Positions 10,699 to 20,986 of a DNA stretch of 64,000 bases are shown here, piece by piece. The DNA comes from a virus (Duplodnaviria; Caudoviricetes): the IMG/VR virus record IMGVR_UViG_3300029969_000013, positions 13,111 through 77,110 of that record. One strand, given 5' to 3'. A model generated the notes under the pieces. The model made no database searches, had not been told where the DNA came from, and saw nothing but the letters and a program-made list of their open reading frames with translations. Positions within the stretch are counted from its first letter, which is position 1; each line of letters opens with the position of its first letter. A program made the translations under genes and the position numbers.

Positions 10699-12156
10699 GT
10701 GAAAAAACAACCATTTGTAAACTTTACATTAGCAGGCGTTAATCTTACTGAATTTGGAATGACTATTCCAAGTCCTGTATCTTCTCTAGAGATCGCAAAT
10801 AGTGAAATAGCTAGTATGACATCATGGACACTTACATGCGTAGTAGGGGGAGATTCAAATAAGAAAATGAATGTAGCTGCATTTGAAGCTCTACTATATA
10901 GTGCTGCACAATCAGCAAGTCAATATGCTAATTCGAGTGGTATACCTGTAGCATTTATATTTGGTTGGCTTGATGATGCTGGTAATGTAGCTGAATATAC
11001 ATCTTATCAAGGATTCACACTTAAATTTACTGTATCAACAAATGGTCTGTATATGCAATATAAATTAACTGGGTATGCTACATTATCTATGCAAAGTAGT
11101 ATGCCGGTTCTCAGGATACCTGCTATATCTGGTATAGTACAACCATCTGCTATTGTAACAGCTTTAGCAAAATCTGTCAAAGCTACTTCTTATTATGAGT
11201 TAGATATTGATAGAAATGATGCTCCTACTCTAGTAAACCATGGTCCATTGACTACTAGCTTTAACAAGTATGTAAGAGGGGAATTTACAGGTGATGATGA
11301 TTACGACGATTTTCCTGGATTACTTCCCCTATCTAAATCATATAGTGCATCTAGAGATTCTGCAGGTATAAAGTATCCATATAAAAAGTTAAGTCAGATA
11401 CTAAATAATGTGTCAGTCTCGCCTATAGGTGATTTTCTTAAAACTAGTAATGTAGATACTACACCACAATGTTCGTCGTTCAGCTATTGGGTAGACGAAC
11501 CTACTATGACACGACCTGGTGTCATACATTATAAGAGTAATGCCGGTTTGACATCAGCACAGAATAAAGATATACTTGAATTTGGTACATCTAATACAAA
11601 TGTATTAGCATTAACTGGTACATATGATGGTGTAGCTTATAATATGTCAAATATGAATTTCACACAACTTGGATTTTCAGTAGACGGTAGTGGTAATACA
11701 ATTATGCAAGGTGCAGAAGTTGTAAATAGCTGGAGCAGCTCATTGGGACAGGTATTTCAAACTGCTAATATCATCAATGACATAAATGCGCTTGCTACAC
11801 AGTTTAGCGGAGACTTTTCTGTTACTATTGCAGGTAGTGTAAAGCAATATTCATTAGCACAGCCGGTATCATTATTAGTTATGATGGGTGGTACTTTGTC
11901 TCCTATATCTGGTATATACAACATAACATCCGTTAGTCATGTATTGAGTACTACATTTTTAACTACATTGAAACTACAACGACTTGTAATGAGTAGTGCA
12001 AATCAAGTTGCTACAACACAAGGAATATTTATTGGTGGCAGTGGTAAATATGGATCATCTTCATATACAACTACAAATAATATAATTACACCATATAAAG
12101 TAGAATTAGGGGACATGTATCCTAATTTTGAACACATGTCTTCTAATATACTTTGA
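10699..12156 (+). CDS. Baseplate hub-like protein
   Basis: 485 aa after the LysM protein; C-terminal GIYNITSVSHVL...LTTLKL typical of gp27/GPD hubs. Confidence 0.5.
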   Translation: MKKQPFVNFTLAGVNLTEFGMTIPSPVSSLEIANSEIASMTSWTLTCVVGGDSNKKMNVAAFEALLYSAAQSASQYANSSGIPVAFIFGWLDDAGNVAEYTSYQGFTLKFTVSTNGLYMQYKLTGYATLSMQSSMPVLRIPAISGIVQPSAIVTALAKSVKATSYYELDIDRNDAPTLVNHGPLTTSFNKYVRGEFTGDDDYDDFPGLLPLSKSYSASRDSAGIKYPYKKLSQILNNVSVSPIGDFLKTSNVDTTPQCSSFSYWVDEPTMTRPGVIHYKSNAGLTSAQNKDILEFGTSNTNVLALTGTYDGVAYNMSNMNFTQLGFSVDGSGNTIMQGAEVVNSWSSSLGQVFQTANIINDINALATQFSGDFSVTIAGSVKQYSLAQPVSLLVMMGGTLSPISGIYNITSVSHVLSTTFLTTLKLQRLVMSSANQVATTQGIFIGGSGKYGSSSYTTTNNIITPYKVELGDMYPNFEHMSSNIL

Positions 12157-12170
12157 TGCATGGAGGTGCA

Positions 12171-12734
12171 ATGTCAATGGCAGCTGTGTATAAGAAACTT
12201 TCTAATTCACCGCTTACAAAATCAGATACTAATATACTAGTACCATATATAGATAGTCAATCTCATAGTTGGTATAAGAAATATGGCGGATATCATACTG
12301 GTGTAGATGTTGAAGGTTCAGAAATATATGCATATCAATCAGGTGTTGTGATTCAGATTGGGGATTTAGATGACGGCCTAAAAGCAGTCGTTATACAATA
12401 TACAGCCAATATATCTTTACGATATGCAAATATGTCAAGTTTACTTATAAAGATGGGCGATGTTATTAAACCTGGTGAATTATTAGGAATAGCCAAGAAA
12501 TTCGTACATTTTGAATATTTATCTAAAACTAAAGAAGATTCAATATGGCCTGTTCGTGTCGGTACTATGACATACTTCAAACATAATCCTGAATTGATAT
12601 TTGACGGTGTTGTAAAGCTAAATGCTAATGATTGGTCACAAATAAAGACAGCTGATACTACAAGTCGACCTTATGTATTGAGAGAATCTCAATATTCTGA
12701 ATTTGATACAGATGGTAGCGGAGGTGATAGATAG
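12171..12734 (+). CDS. Peptidase M23-like protein, degenerate
   Basis: GYHTGVD (HxxxD) present; YAH replaced by YAN, HxH reduced to FVHFE. Confidence 0.6.
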   Translation: MSMAAVYKKLSNSPLTKSDTNILVPYIDSQSHSWYKKYGGYHTGVDVEGSEIYAYQSGVVIQIGDLDDGLKAVVIQYTANISLRYANMSSLLIKMGDVIKPGELLGIAKKFVHFEYLSKTKEDSIWPVRVGTMTYFKHNPELIFDGVVKLNANDWSQIKTADTTSRPYVLRESQYSEFDTDGSGGDR

Positions 12735-14449
12735 TGTCAAATTCTAACCTTGTAAGTTATATAGATTCTGGTTCTAAAAATTATAATGCACGTACTGGGT
12801 CTATCACAAAGATAACTGTACATCATGCAGCTGGAAAATGTACATTATCCCAATTTACAAACATAATGCATTCTGGGCGTGAAGTTAGTTGGAATTATGC
12901 AATTGCATATGATGGCTCTATTGGATTATATATACCTGAAAAGTATAGAGCATGGACTACAGCTAATAGAGAAAATGACAATGTTGCAATTACAATTGAA
13001 GTATCTAATTCATCAAATGGAGAGCCATGGCCTATATCAGATGCAGCTTATAAATCATTGTTGAATTTATGTGAAGATATATGTAGAAGAAATAATATAC
13101 AAGCTATACAATATACAGGTAATAAGTCAGGAAACTTAACAATGCATAAATGGTTTGCATCTACAGGATGTCCAGGACCTACATTATCAACTAAATTCTC
13201 AGACATAATGCAGAAAGTCAATACACGATTAGGTCAACCAAGTACATTACCATATATAACAGATCCTACTACTGGTGAAGTTACAGCTGCTGGTTTAGTA
13301 TATAATGCAGTTACTATAGATATTGCATCTTTAGTTGATTATTCACAATTTACTCCATATGTAGCAACTATTGATAGAACTGTTAAGTCTATAGATTTCA
13401 AAAAACTAAAAGAACATAGTGTATCAGCTGTTATGATTGAAGCTGGTGGTCTATATAATCGTTCACATTCTGTAGTAGAAAACTATGCTAATCCATTACT
13501 AGATGAGCAAGTAAGAGGTGCAGGTGAAGCTTCTATTGATTATGGATTGATTGCAGATGTACGTTCTAGAAATGTAGAAGAAGCTAATGCTGAATTGAAA
13601 GAGCTTACAAGAATAATACAGAAGTATACACCACCATACGGCGTTTGGTTGAATTTGAATTTATCCGCTGATAAATCTACCAACAATAAGATAATAGATA
13701 GATATGAATTTGTATTACAAGCTTTAGGTTTGAAAGATAAAATAGGATTCTATGCTACTAGAGAACAGATGTCAAAAATTGATTGGAATGAAGATCGTCA
13801 AAACATTTGGTATCTATGGCTCAATAACCATGTAAAAGAAGAAGAGCATTTAGCACAGCTGCTGTCTCCTGAATTTTTCATGTTTGATAAAGATAAAGCA
13901 AGCGATGTACCTGTTATCAATACTACAATTTATACTGGATATAGTGATACTGGAATAGAATCTGGAATACTTACAGAATACAGCGATTGGGTGTTTGTAG
14001 GTGATTCTAGGACTGTAGGCATGGGCAATAGTGTTTCAGGTATAACAACTATGGCGAAGGTTGGCGGAAATTATAAGTACTTCTCGTCTTTGATATCTAA
14101 TATCAAGAAGCTTCATAATAAGAATATTGTACTTTGGTTTGGTGTCAATGATTTGAATAATGTAAGTAAATATGTGATGGCCTATAACGATTTATGTTTC
14201 ACCATGACAGATTGTAAAATAATTGTAGCAACTGTAGGTCCTACAAGAGGTTCATATGCTAAATTGATGCCAGACATACAAGATTTCAACGCTGCATTGA
14301 AAGATAGATTGAATCATAATATTACAATTGTCGATGTATGTTCTAAAATGATAAGTGGTACGTATACATCACCTGATGGGTTGCATTATAATTCAAAAAC
14401 TTATAAATGTGTATATAACTACATTACAAATGGAGTATATACAGAATAG
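12734..14449 (+). CDS. Tail-associated lysin: Amidase_2 + GH25-like + SGNH/GDSL esterase
   Basis: ITVHHAAG...AWT...ITIEV...HKWFASTGCPG amidase motifs; central TIM-barrel-like region; FVGDSR, GVND, DGLHY SGNH blocks. Confidence 0.75.
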   Translation: MSNSNLVSYIDSGSKNYNARTGSITKITVHHAAGKCTLSQFTNIMHSGREVSWNYAIAYDGSIGLYIPEKYRAWTTANRENDNVAITIEVSNSSNGEPWPISDAAYKSLLNLCEDICRRNNIQAIQYTGNKSGNLTMHKWFASTGCPGPTLSTKFSDIMQKVNTRLGQPSTLPYITDPTTGEVTAAGLVYNAVTIDIASLVDYSQFTPYVATIDRTVKSIDFKKLKEHSVSAVMIEAGGLYNRSHSVVENYANPLLDEQVRGAGEASIDYGLIADVRSRNVEEANAELKELTRIIQKYTPPYGVWLNLNLSADKSTNNKIIDRYEFVLQALGLKDKIGFYATREQMSKIDWNEDRQNIWYLWLNNHVKEEEHLAQLLSPEFFMFDKDKASDVPVINTTIYTGYSDTGIESGILTEYSDWVFVGDSRTVGMGNSVSGITTMAKVGGNYKYFSSLISNIKKLHNKNIVLWFGVNDLNNVSKYVMAYNDLCFTMTDCKIIVATVGPTRGSYAKLMPDIQDFNAALKDRLNHNITIVDVCSKMISGTYTSPDGLHYNSKTYKCVYNYITNGVYTE

Positions 14450-14464
14450 TAAAGGTGTGGTAAT

Positions 14465-16627
14465 ATGAGTTTTGTTCCTAGATTAGAAGCTCCTTCAAGC
14501 TCTAGTCCGTATTGGAGGACTACCGGCTCAGGTGGCTATAACAAATGTATAAATATATCAGGTGGTTCTACTATACCGAACTGTGTAGGATATGCTTATG
14601 GTAGATTCATGGAAATAATGCAAGCTACATCATGTAACTTGTCAACAAACAATGCAGGAAAGTGGTATGGTAACACAAGTGATGGATATGCTCGTAGCGA
14701 TAAACCACAATTAGGTGCTGTAATTTGTTGGGACCACCCTGGGCAAGCTGGACATGTAGCTATTGTAGAAAAAATAAATTCTGATGGTTCAATAGTTACA
14801 TCAAATAGTGCATACAATGGTAAACTATTCTATACGCAAACACTTAATCCACCTAATTATACATGGAGTAGTAACTATAAGCTGCAAGGATTCATATGTA
14901 ACCCTTCAGTATCTGGAAACAATACAATTGGACAAGCAAGTAAGTTATCATTATTTTTACAAACTGCTAAATCACAAATAGGAAAGAAGCAGGATTGGGT
15001 CAGATCTGTCATAAATTGTGGTGATATTGAATGGTGTGCTGCATTTGTATGTGCATGTGCAAAAATTGCAGGTGTGTTAGATGTCATAATTCCTAATAGT
15101 TATGGCTGCGGAACATTATTGAGTACTGGAGTAAGCAAAGGATGGGGCACATTTCTTAAAGGACCTTGGTTCAACTGTAATGTAATACCGCAGGCTGGTG
15201 ATTTAATAACATTTAGACGCAATCGTGGTTATACAGATGAATACTCTTGTAGTCATATAGGAATAGTTACAGGGTGTGACGGATCTACTGTATATACTGT
15301 AGAGGGTAATACTGTTACATATGATAGACATACAAGTTCTATAAAGGATAAAAGTTATGGTGTATCTTATGAATGTATTCATGGATATTATAGACCTAAT
15401 TGGTCTGTAGTAGGTGCAAGTGCTGGAGATTGGATGCTTGGCGGTGGTGCAGCATTTTCGTTATACAATACACAGAATACCCGTGAAGATGCTATGATAC
15501 GTGAAATTGGATACTTAGATAACGATTATAAACCTTCTATATCTACATCCAAGATAAAATTGTCCGTTATTAATTATACATCGAAACTGGCTGAAGTATT
15601 TTCTCAAATAACTGTTGCGTATGGTGGATTTGGTGATGTAATGGTAGATGGTATAGATGATCCAAACGCTCGCACAATCATAGCTTATTTAGTTGGGAAA
15701 GGTCTGAATGCAGCAGCTGCTTGTGGAGTATGCGGAAATGTGAAACATGAGTCTGGATATAAAACAGATGCAGTTGGTGACTATGGCACATCATTTGGAA
15801 TATGTCAATGGCATAATGAACGTGGTACTAACATGAAGAGCTTTGTAGGTAGTGATTGGGCAACTAATCTAACAGGTCAACTTGATTTCTTATGGAATGA
15901 TCTGACATCATTGTTACCATCGACTCTTAAGAAATTACAAGCAGTTCCGAATACTGTAGAAGGCGCTAAACGTGCTGCTGATGTATTTGTTCGTGAGTTT
16001 GAACGTCCTGCACAAGTAGATACACAGTCGGCGTTACGTCAAGCAACTGCTGCTGGGTTATTCAGTAGTTGTGTTATACAACAATCAACTGCTGCTGGTG
16101 GAGGTGTAGCGAGTCAGGTAACTACACAATCTGGGGGTACACCGTCTAATCCTAAGACAATAACAATACCTGCAAATGTCAATCAGTCTGGTATTACAGC
16201 AAATTATACTAACTACACATATTTTTATACTAGATGGGCTAGAAGTTCTATACAGCGAAAACTTGCAGATATATGGAATCAACAAGGTAGGCCTAGTGAT
16301 AGGAACATTGCTACTATAAACGGATATTATTTATGTGCTGTAACTTTGACTATAGGAACAACTGGGGATCTAATAACTGTTGTATTGCAAGACGGTACTT
16401 CATTCAATTGTATAATAGCTGATTCTAAAGGTGCAAATCCTGGATTGACTGGAGAATCGGGCAATCAATTTGGACATTCATTCGGAAATGGAACTATTGA
16501 TGTCATTGAATGGGAGAAGAAAGGATCGGCAGCTTCTGGGACTGACAATCATACACAGATTGACTTAAAAGGGTGGAAAGGTAAGAAAGTAGCCAAAATT
16601 CTTAATTATGGAACATTTCTTAAGTAA
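14465..16627 (+). CDS. Tail-associated lysin: two CHAP-like domains + phage tail lysozyme + C-terminal 3D-like domain
   Basis: NCVGYA...GHVAIVE; WCAAFV...HIGIV; CGNVKHES...GICQW...QLDF...FERP (Phage_lysozyme2). Confidence 0.8.
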   Translation: MSFVPRLEAPSSSSPYWRTTGSGGYNKCINISGGSTIPNCVGYAYGRFMEIMQATSCNLSTNNAGKWYGNTSDGYARSDKPQLGAVICWDHPGQAGHVAIVEKINSDGSIVTSNSAYNGKLFYTQTLNPPNYTWSSNYKLQGFICNPSVSGNNTIGQASKLSLFLQTAKSQIGKKQDWVRSVINCGDIEWCAAFVCACAKIAGVLDVIIPNSYGCGTLLSTGVSKGWGTFLKGPWFNCNVIPQAGDLITFRRNRGYTDEYSCSHIGIVTGCDGSTVYTVEGNTVTYDRHTSSIKDKSYGVSYECIHGYYRPNWSVVGASAGDWMLGGGAAFSLYNTQNTREDAMIREIGYLDNDYKPSISTSKIKLSVINYTSKLAEVFSQITVAYGGFGDVMVDGIDDPNARTIIAYLVGKGLNAAAACGVCGNVKHESGYKTDAVGDYGTSFGICQWHNERGTNMKSFVGSDWATNLTGQLDFLWNDLTSLLPSTLKKLQAVPNTVEGAKRAADVFVREFERPAQVDTQSALRQATAAGLFSSCVIQQSTAAGGGVASQVTTQSGGTPSNPKTITIPANVNQSGITANYTNYTYFYTRWARSSIQRKLADIWNQQGRPSDRNIATINGYYLCAVTLTIGTTGDLITVVLQDGTSFNCIIADSKGANPGLTGESGNQFGHSFGNGTIDVIEWEKKGSAASGTDNHTQIDLKGWKGKKVAKILNYGTFLK

Positions 16628-16636
16628 GGTGATATC

Positions 16637-16936
16637 ATGATTACATATGGATTTGCAAAAGGATATAAGTATGCAGGTGACGGTACACTTTTGATACGTG
16701 TGCGAATTCCGTCAGTTCATGGGCCATATATGCAGTCTGACTCTAATGGTAAGAAACTTAGAAATTATGTTATGGATAATGATCTACCTTGGTACACATC
16801 AGTATTGTTACCACATATGCCGCATGAAGGTGAAGTAGTAGCTGTATCATCACTTAACAAAGGGAATAGTGATTTTATCGTCATTGGTCTAACAGGTGGT
16901 AGTTATAGTGCTGGTGCTACAAATTTAGGAGGGTGA
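16637..16936 (+). CDS. Baseplate spike OB-fold-like protein
   Basis: RVRIPSVHG...LPW...P..GEVV pattern of gp5/gpV N-terminal domains. Confidence 0.55.
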   Translation: MITYGFAKGYKYAGDGTLLIRVRIPSVHGPYMQSDSNGKKLRNYVMDNDLPWYTSVLLPHMPHEGEVVAVSSLNKGNSDFIVIGLTGGSYSAGATNLGG

Positions 16937-16941
16937 TATCA

Positions 16942-17391
16942 ATGACAAATTCATTATCGTTTCCAAATATGTTTGATGTAGCTCGTAATAAGGTAGGTGT
17001 TATATCAGATAATGAATCTATTGTAAACAGATCTAGATTACTGATACTTACAGAGCCAACAGAGTTATATCATAATCCAGATTTTGGTGTAGGTTTAAAA
17101 CGACATCTATGGCATTACAACACTGAAAATGAAAAAGCTATAATGAAAGATCGTATAGTTGATCAGCTACGATTGCATGAACCTTGCTGTGTTCCTGATA
17201 AAACATCTTTTGCAGATGGTCTATTATTCACAGGTGTAGAAGATGACAATACATATCAGAAATATAATCGTATTACTATGACAGTAGGTATAAAGACTAT
17301 ATTTGGTGATGATGTAACAGTAGAGCTTCAAGATTTACAGTCTATAATAGATGCCGGTCAGCTTCGGTACAAGGATATGCTATCCGATTAA
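16942..17391 (+). CDS. Baseplate wedge protein gp25-like
   Basis: LILTEPTELYHNPDFGVGLKRHL motif. Confidence 0.75.
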   Translation: MTNSLSFPNMFDVARNKVGVISDNESIVNRSRLLILTEPTELYHNPDFGVGLKRHLWHYNTENEKAIMKDRIVDQLRLHEPCCVPDKTSFADGLLFTGVEDDNTYQKYNRITMTVGIKTIFGDDVTVELQDLQSIIDAGQLRYKDMLSD

Positions 17392-17411
17392 GAAAGGAAG
17401 GTCGATTTTGA

Positions 17412-19394
17412 ATGTCAGATAGATCTAAAGGGCTAATAAAATACACAAGCCGAGATTATAATTCTATTGTTGAAGAGTTTTGGAATTTAGTACCTAAACT
17501 CACTGAATTATGGAAACCTGAAGCTGATGCTGATCCTGGTGTAGTACTTGGAAAATATCTTGCAAGTATTGCAGATATGCTCGGTGTAAACCTAGATTGG
17601 CTTGCAAATGAAATATTTGGTCCATCTGTTACTCAAAGGAAAAATGCAGAAAAGATATTTGGATTAGTAGGTTATACTCTTGGTTGGTATACAGCTGCAA
17701 GAACAGAGGTTACGTTTGTGAATAATCTTGAAAATCCAATAACCCTTGATTTTGGATTCAATGGAGAAAATTTCTGCACATTGAATGCTTATACAGATAT
17801 AACACAGCAACCACGTGTTATAACATATAACATTCTACCTCGTACAAGTGAATATGGTGCACAAGAGACACGTAGTAAGCGTGAGATAATTGCATCAGCT
17901 GTCGATACTTTTGAAGAGTATGATCAGGTTACATTGCAACCTGGCGAAAAAGTAACACGTGTAGCGATAGAGGGTGAGCTTAGACAAGTATCTTATAAAG
18001 TATCAGAAGTTAAAGATAACAATTACATCATAAAATTACCTTCTCAGCACATAGACACTACAGCTGTTTGGATGAAAGCTCGAACTTCATTGAATTTTTC
18101 TGATGGCTATGAACGTACTAACTGGAAGCAAGTAGCGTCTGCATCTGAATTTGTAACACCTGAACCAAGATTCGCTGTTACATATGATAACTACAGCAAT
18201 GCTCAAATACAAGTATCTAACTATTTAAATCAGCTTGAAAATTACAATGACAATTACTTAACAGTATATTGGATTGAGTGTTCAGGTGCAATTGGTTCTG
18301 TAAGTGAAAATGTACTTGGTAACTTTCAACCAGCTAAACCCGCTGGATATGGTGGAAGTGAAAATCCTACAAGTATGGATGGCATCTTAATATCTAATCT
18401 ATCAAATACTACAGAAATACCACATACACATACAGTAACAGGTAAGAGCCCTGAAACTGCTAAGGAAGCTTATGTGAATAGTAGAAACTATGTAAACACT
18501 TGGGATAGTTTAATTACTATTCCAGATTATAATAGATTCATAAAACGTGAGCCTGGAATTGACTGCGGTACAGTTATAGATTGTCAGAAAGCATTGGAAA
18601 TTAATCTTGCTATATATAAGAACAAGTCTTTGACTGATGCACAAAAATCTAAAATGTACATCACATATCATGACTTTCCTGAGAATGAAACTGATATGTT
18701 TGATTGGGAGAATATCCTTAAGTTAGGATTTGACCCAGAAGACCCTAATAAGTTTGTATTTTCGACAAATTTCAAAACATATACTGCAATGTGTTTTGCA
18801 ATTTATAATGATTTTGAATCAGTATCATATGGACAAAATACTATTGCAACTATCAATAAACCTAATCCAACTTGGGAGACACCTGTAACAGAGTCTGCAC
18901 TATTTAAACGATATAAGTTACCAGGTGAGGTTATAACTGGAATCTTACGTGATTATGCTCCTATAGGTGCAATGTCAGTTGAATTGCAATTTGGATATGC
19001 TAGAATATTCCCTTGGTATATAGTTGGAGAAATTTATCCAAAGAATCCAGTTTCATCAGATGTGGCATCTAATATTATCGCTCGAGTAAAGGAAGCATTA
19101 GCATTGTATTTTTCACCTGCTAATCGTGAATTTGGTCAGAAGCCTACAATCATGGAAGTAGTAGATGTTATTGAAAACGCAGATAGCAGAATCAAGTACT
19201 TTGATGCAGGTAGTTTAAATAATCCAGTAATTGTATACAAAGAATTTGTTAAGAATCAATATGGAAATACTATGCATATCGCATATGATATTGAATATTT
19301 CAATCCTATTTCATTCGCACAGTATAAAGATCCAGGAGCATTAGCAACTAATCCTAACTTACGAATTGCACCTGATTGGGTACTTTCTAAATAA
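17412..19394 (+). CDS. Baseplate wedge protein (gp6/J-like)
   Basis: YTSRDYNSI...DPG N-terminus; ET...LITIPDY core motif. Confidence 0.75.
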   Translation: MSDRSKGLIKYTSRDYNSIVEEFWNLVPKLTELWKPEADADPGVVLGKYLASIADMLGVNLDWLANEIFGPSVTQRKNAEKIFGLVGYTLGWYTAARTEVTFVNNLENPITLDFGFNGENFCTLNAYTDITQQPRVITYNILPRTSEYGAQETRSKREIIASAVDTFEEYDQVTLQPGEKVTRVAIEGELRQVSYKVSEVKDNNYIIKLPSQHIDTTAVWMKARTSLNFSDGYERTNWKQVASASEFVTPEPRFAVTYDNYSNAQIQVSNYLNQLENYNDNYLTVYWIECSGAIGSVSENVLGNFQPAKPAGYGGSENPTSMDGILISNLSNTTEIPHTHTVTGKSPETAKEAYVNSRNYVNTWDSLITIPDYNRFIKREPGIDCGTVIDCQKALEINLAIYKNKSLTDAQKSKMYITYHDFPENETDMFDWENILKLGFDPEDPNKFVFSTNFKTYTAMCFAIYNDFESVSYGQNTIATINKPNPTWETPVTESALFKRYKLPGEVITGILRDYAPIGAMSVELQFGYARIFPWYIVGEIYPKNPVSSDVASNIIARVKEALALYFSPANREFGQKPTIMEVVDVIENADSRIKYFDAGSLNNPVIVYKEFVKNQYGNTMHIAYDIEYFNPISFAQYKDPGALATNPNLRIAPDWVLSK

Positions 19395-19405
19395 GGAGGC
19401 TAACA

Positions 19406-20665
19406 ATGGATATCAAAAATATATCATTACCTGAGATATATAAAGAGAGTGAAGATTTCAGATTTTTCTGTAAATGGTTTAGAACAGCTCTTGATAAAAT
19501 AAAATATGACACAGAAAATTTTTTCGACTTATATGACCCATTACGTTGCCCAGAGGAGTTACTCTGGGCTCTTGCTGATACAATGGGGTACAAATATGAT
19601 GATCGTCTTCCAACATCTTTCAATCGATTAGTGTTACTATATTTTATGTCTATGATACGAAATCGTGGAAGTAAAGATGGTGTAACTCTTGCAGCTGAAA
19701 CTAATTTAGCTCAATTTACTATATTGATGAGAGCTCAGGGTTATACAGACGAGTATGGAGATAAACATGACGGTAAAGAGATTCTATATAATCGACTTGA
19801 GGATACATCTATACCTGTAAATTCTGTATATGTAACACCGCATACAGAGGCTGGGTATATTGATGTAGTTTACTTTTCTACAAAAGTTCCTTTAGACGCT
19901 TGTATTGAATATGTTAGGCCTTTAGGAATGTTCTTGTTCCAGACAGCTGGTGTTCGTTTTGATGCACGTACTAAGATCACAGTAGATGCTCGACTTACGC
20001 ATACAGCAGAGCTTGGAATCTCTATTGGTCCTACACACGTTGGACATTATCGTAGAGAAGATTATGCACGTTTACAGAAGACTATAGACAATGCTCCTAA
20101 TATGCCTGTAAATGATAAATCACATGTTAGAAAACCTGTATGGTATAGAAATAGTGATTATGAAGATACTAAATTTGGAGATGCTTCATATGGTAGTGGT
20201 GCTGGTAAGTATCCTGATGGAGATGGTCCTGGTTGTGATCCTGGATATCGTTCTTTATTCTCACTACAGATGTCTAATAATGAAGAAATTGTAAAATCCT
20301 TGATTGATCCAATTTTCAGCTTAGGATATGAACCTCAGTCTATATCTACACAAATTCCTCTAGATTATCTGAATCCTCCATATAGAAATACTGATAGGCC
20401 TAGAGTTAATCTACGTTATGATAAACACATGGACGAGCTGTCTACACCTGGTATTAAGTTGGGTGAATATGATGTTGTAACTGTTGATAATACACGTAGT
20501 AAGAATGTATTGAATCCAAGACCAGCAGTTAATCCAGTTATGTCATCATTAGGAGATTCTATAGCTATAAATGATACAAACACTAAGTATACAAAAGCAG
20601 ATTCCGATGGTAATATAACTACTGAGAGTGTATTAGATGGTGATCTTGTTCCTGATAATTCTTGA
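19406..20665 (+). CDS. Baseplate wedge protein (gp7/P2 gpI-like)
   Basis: DPLRCPEELLWALADTMGY...RNRGSKDGV motif. Confidence 0.65.
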   Translation: MDIKNISLPEIYKESEDFRFFCKWFRTALDKIKYDTENFFDLYDPLRCPEELLWALADTMGYKYDDRLPTSFNRLVLLYFMSMIRNRGSKDGVTLAAETNLAQFTILMRAQGYTDEYGDKHDGKEILYNRLEDTSIPVNSVYVTPHTEAGYIDVVYFSTKVPLDACIEYVRPLGMFLFQTAGVRFDARTKITVDARLTHTAELGISIGPTHVGHYRREDYARLQKTIDNAPNMPVNDKSHVRKPVWYRNSDYEDTKFGDASYGSGAGKYPDGDGPGCDPGYRSLFSLQMSNNEEIVKSLIDPIFSLGYEPQSISTQIPLDYLNPPYRNTDRPRVNLRYDKHMDELSTPGIKLGEYDVVTVDNTRSKNVLNPRPAVNPVMSSLGDSIAINDTNTKYTKADSDGNITTESVLDGDLVPDNS

Positions 20666-20698
20666 TATAACCTTTAATAATTGTATAGAGGTGATAAT

Positions 20699-20968
20699 AT
20701 GCCTACAGCTATATTCAAAGAAAAATTTCCAAAAGTAGGACAAGGTCCAGCTATTAAGGTGAGTGAAGATTCTAATGTAGTAGATGCTAAAGCAAAGGCA
20801 AAAGATGATGTAGGATTTACACATCCAAACTTGCATCGAAGAATAAATACACCACCAGACGGCACGTTACATCATAAATATGAATTAGGTATTCAGAGTG
20901 TTGATTCGTTTAGGACTACAGAAACTATAACGCATGATGAAGAATCGACTACATCTGAAATACCTTGA
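20699..20968 (+). CDS. Hypothetical protein
   Basis: GAGGTG RBS; AACCTT motif upstream. Confidence 0.6.
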   Translation: MPTAIFKEKFPKVGQGPAIKVSEDSNVVDAKAKAKDDVGFTHPNLHRRINTPPDGTLHHKYELGIQSVDSFRTTETITHDEESTTSEIP

Positions 20969-20986
20969 TATGAAAGTAGGTGATTA

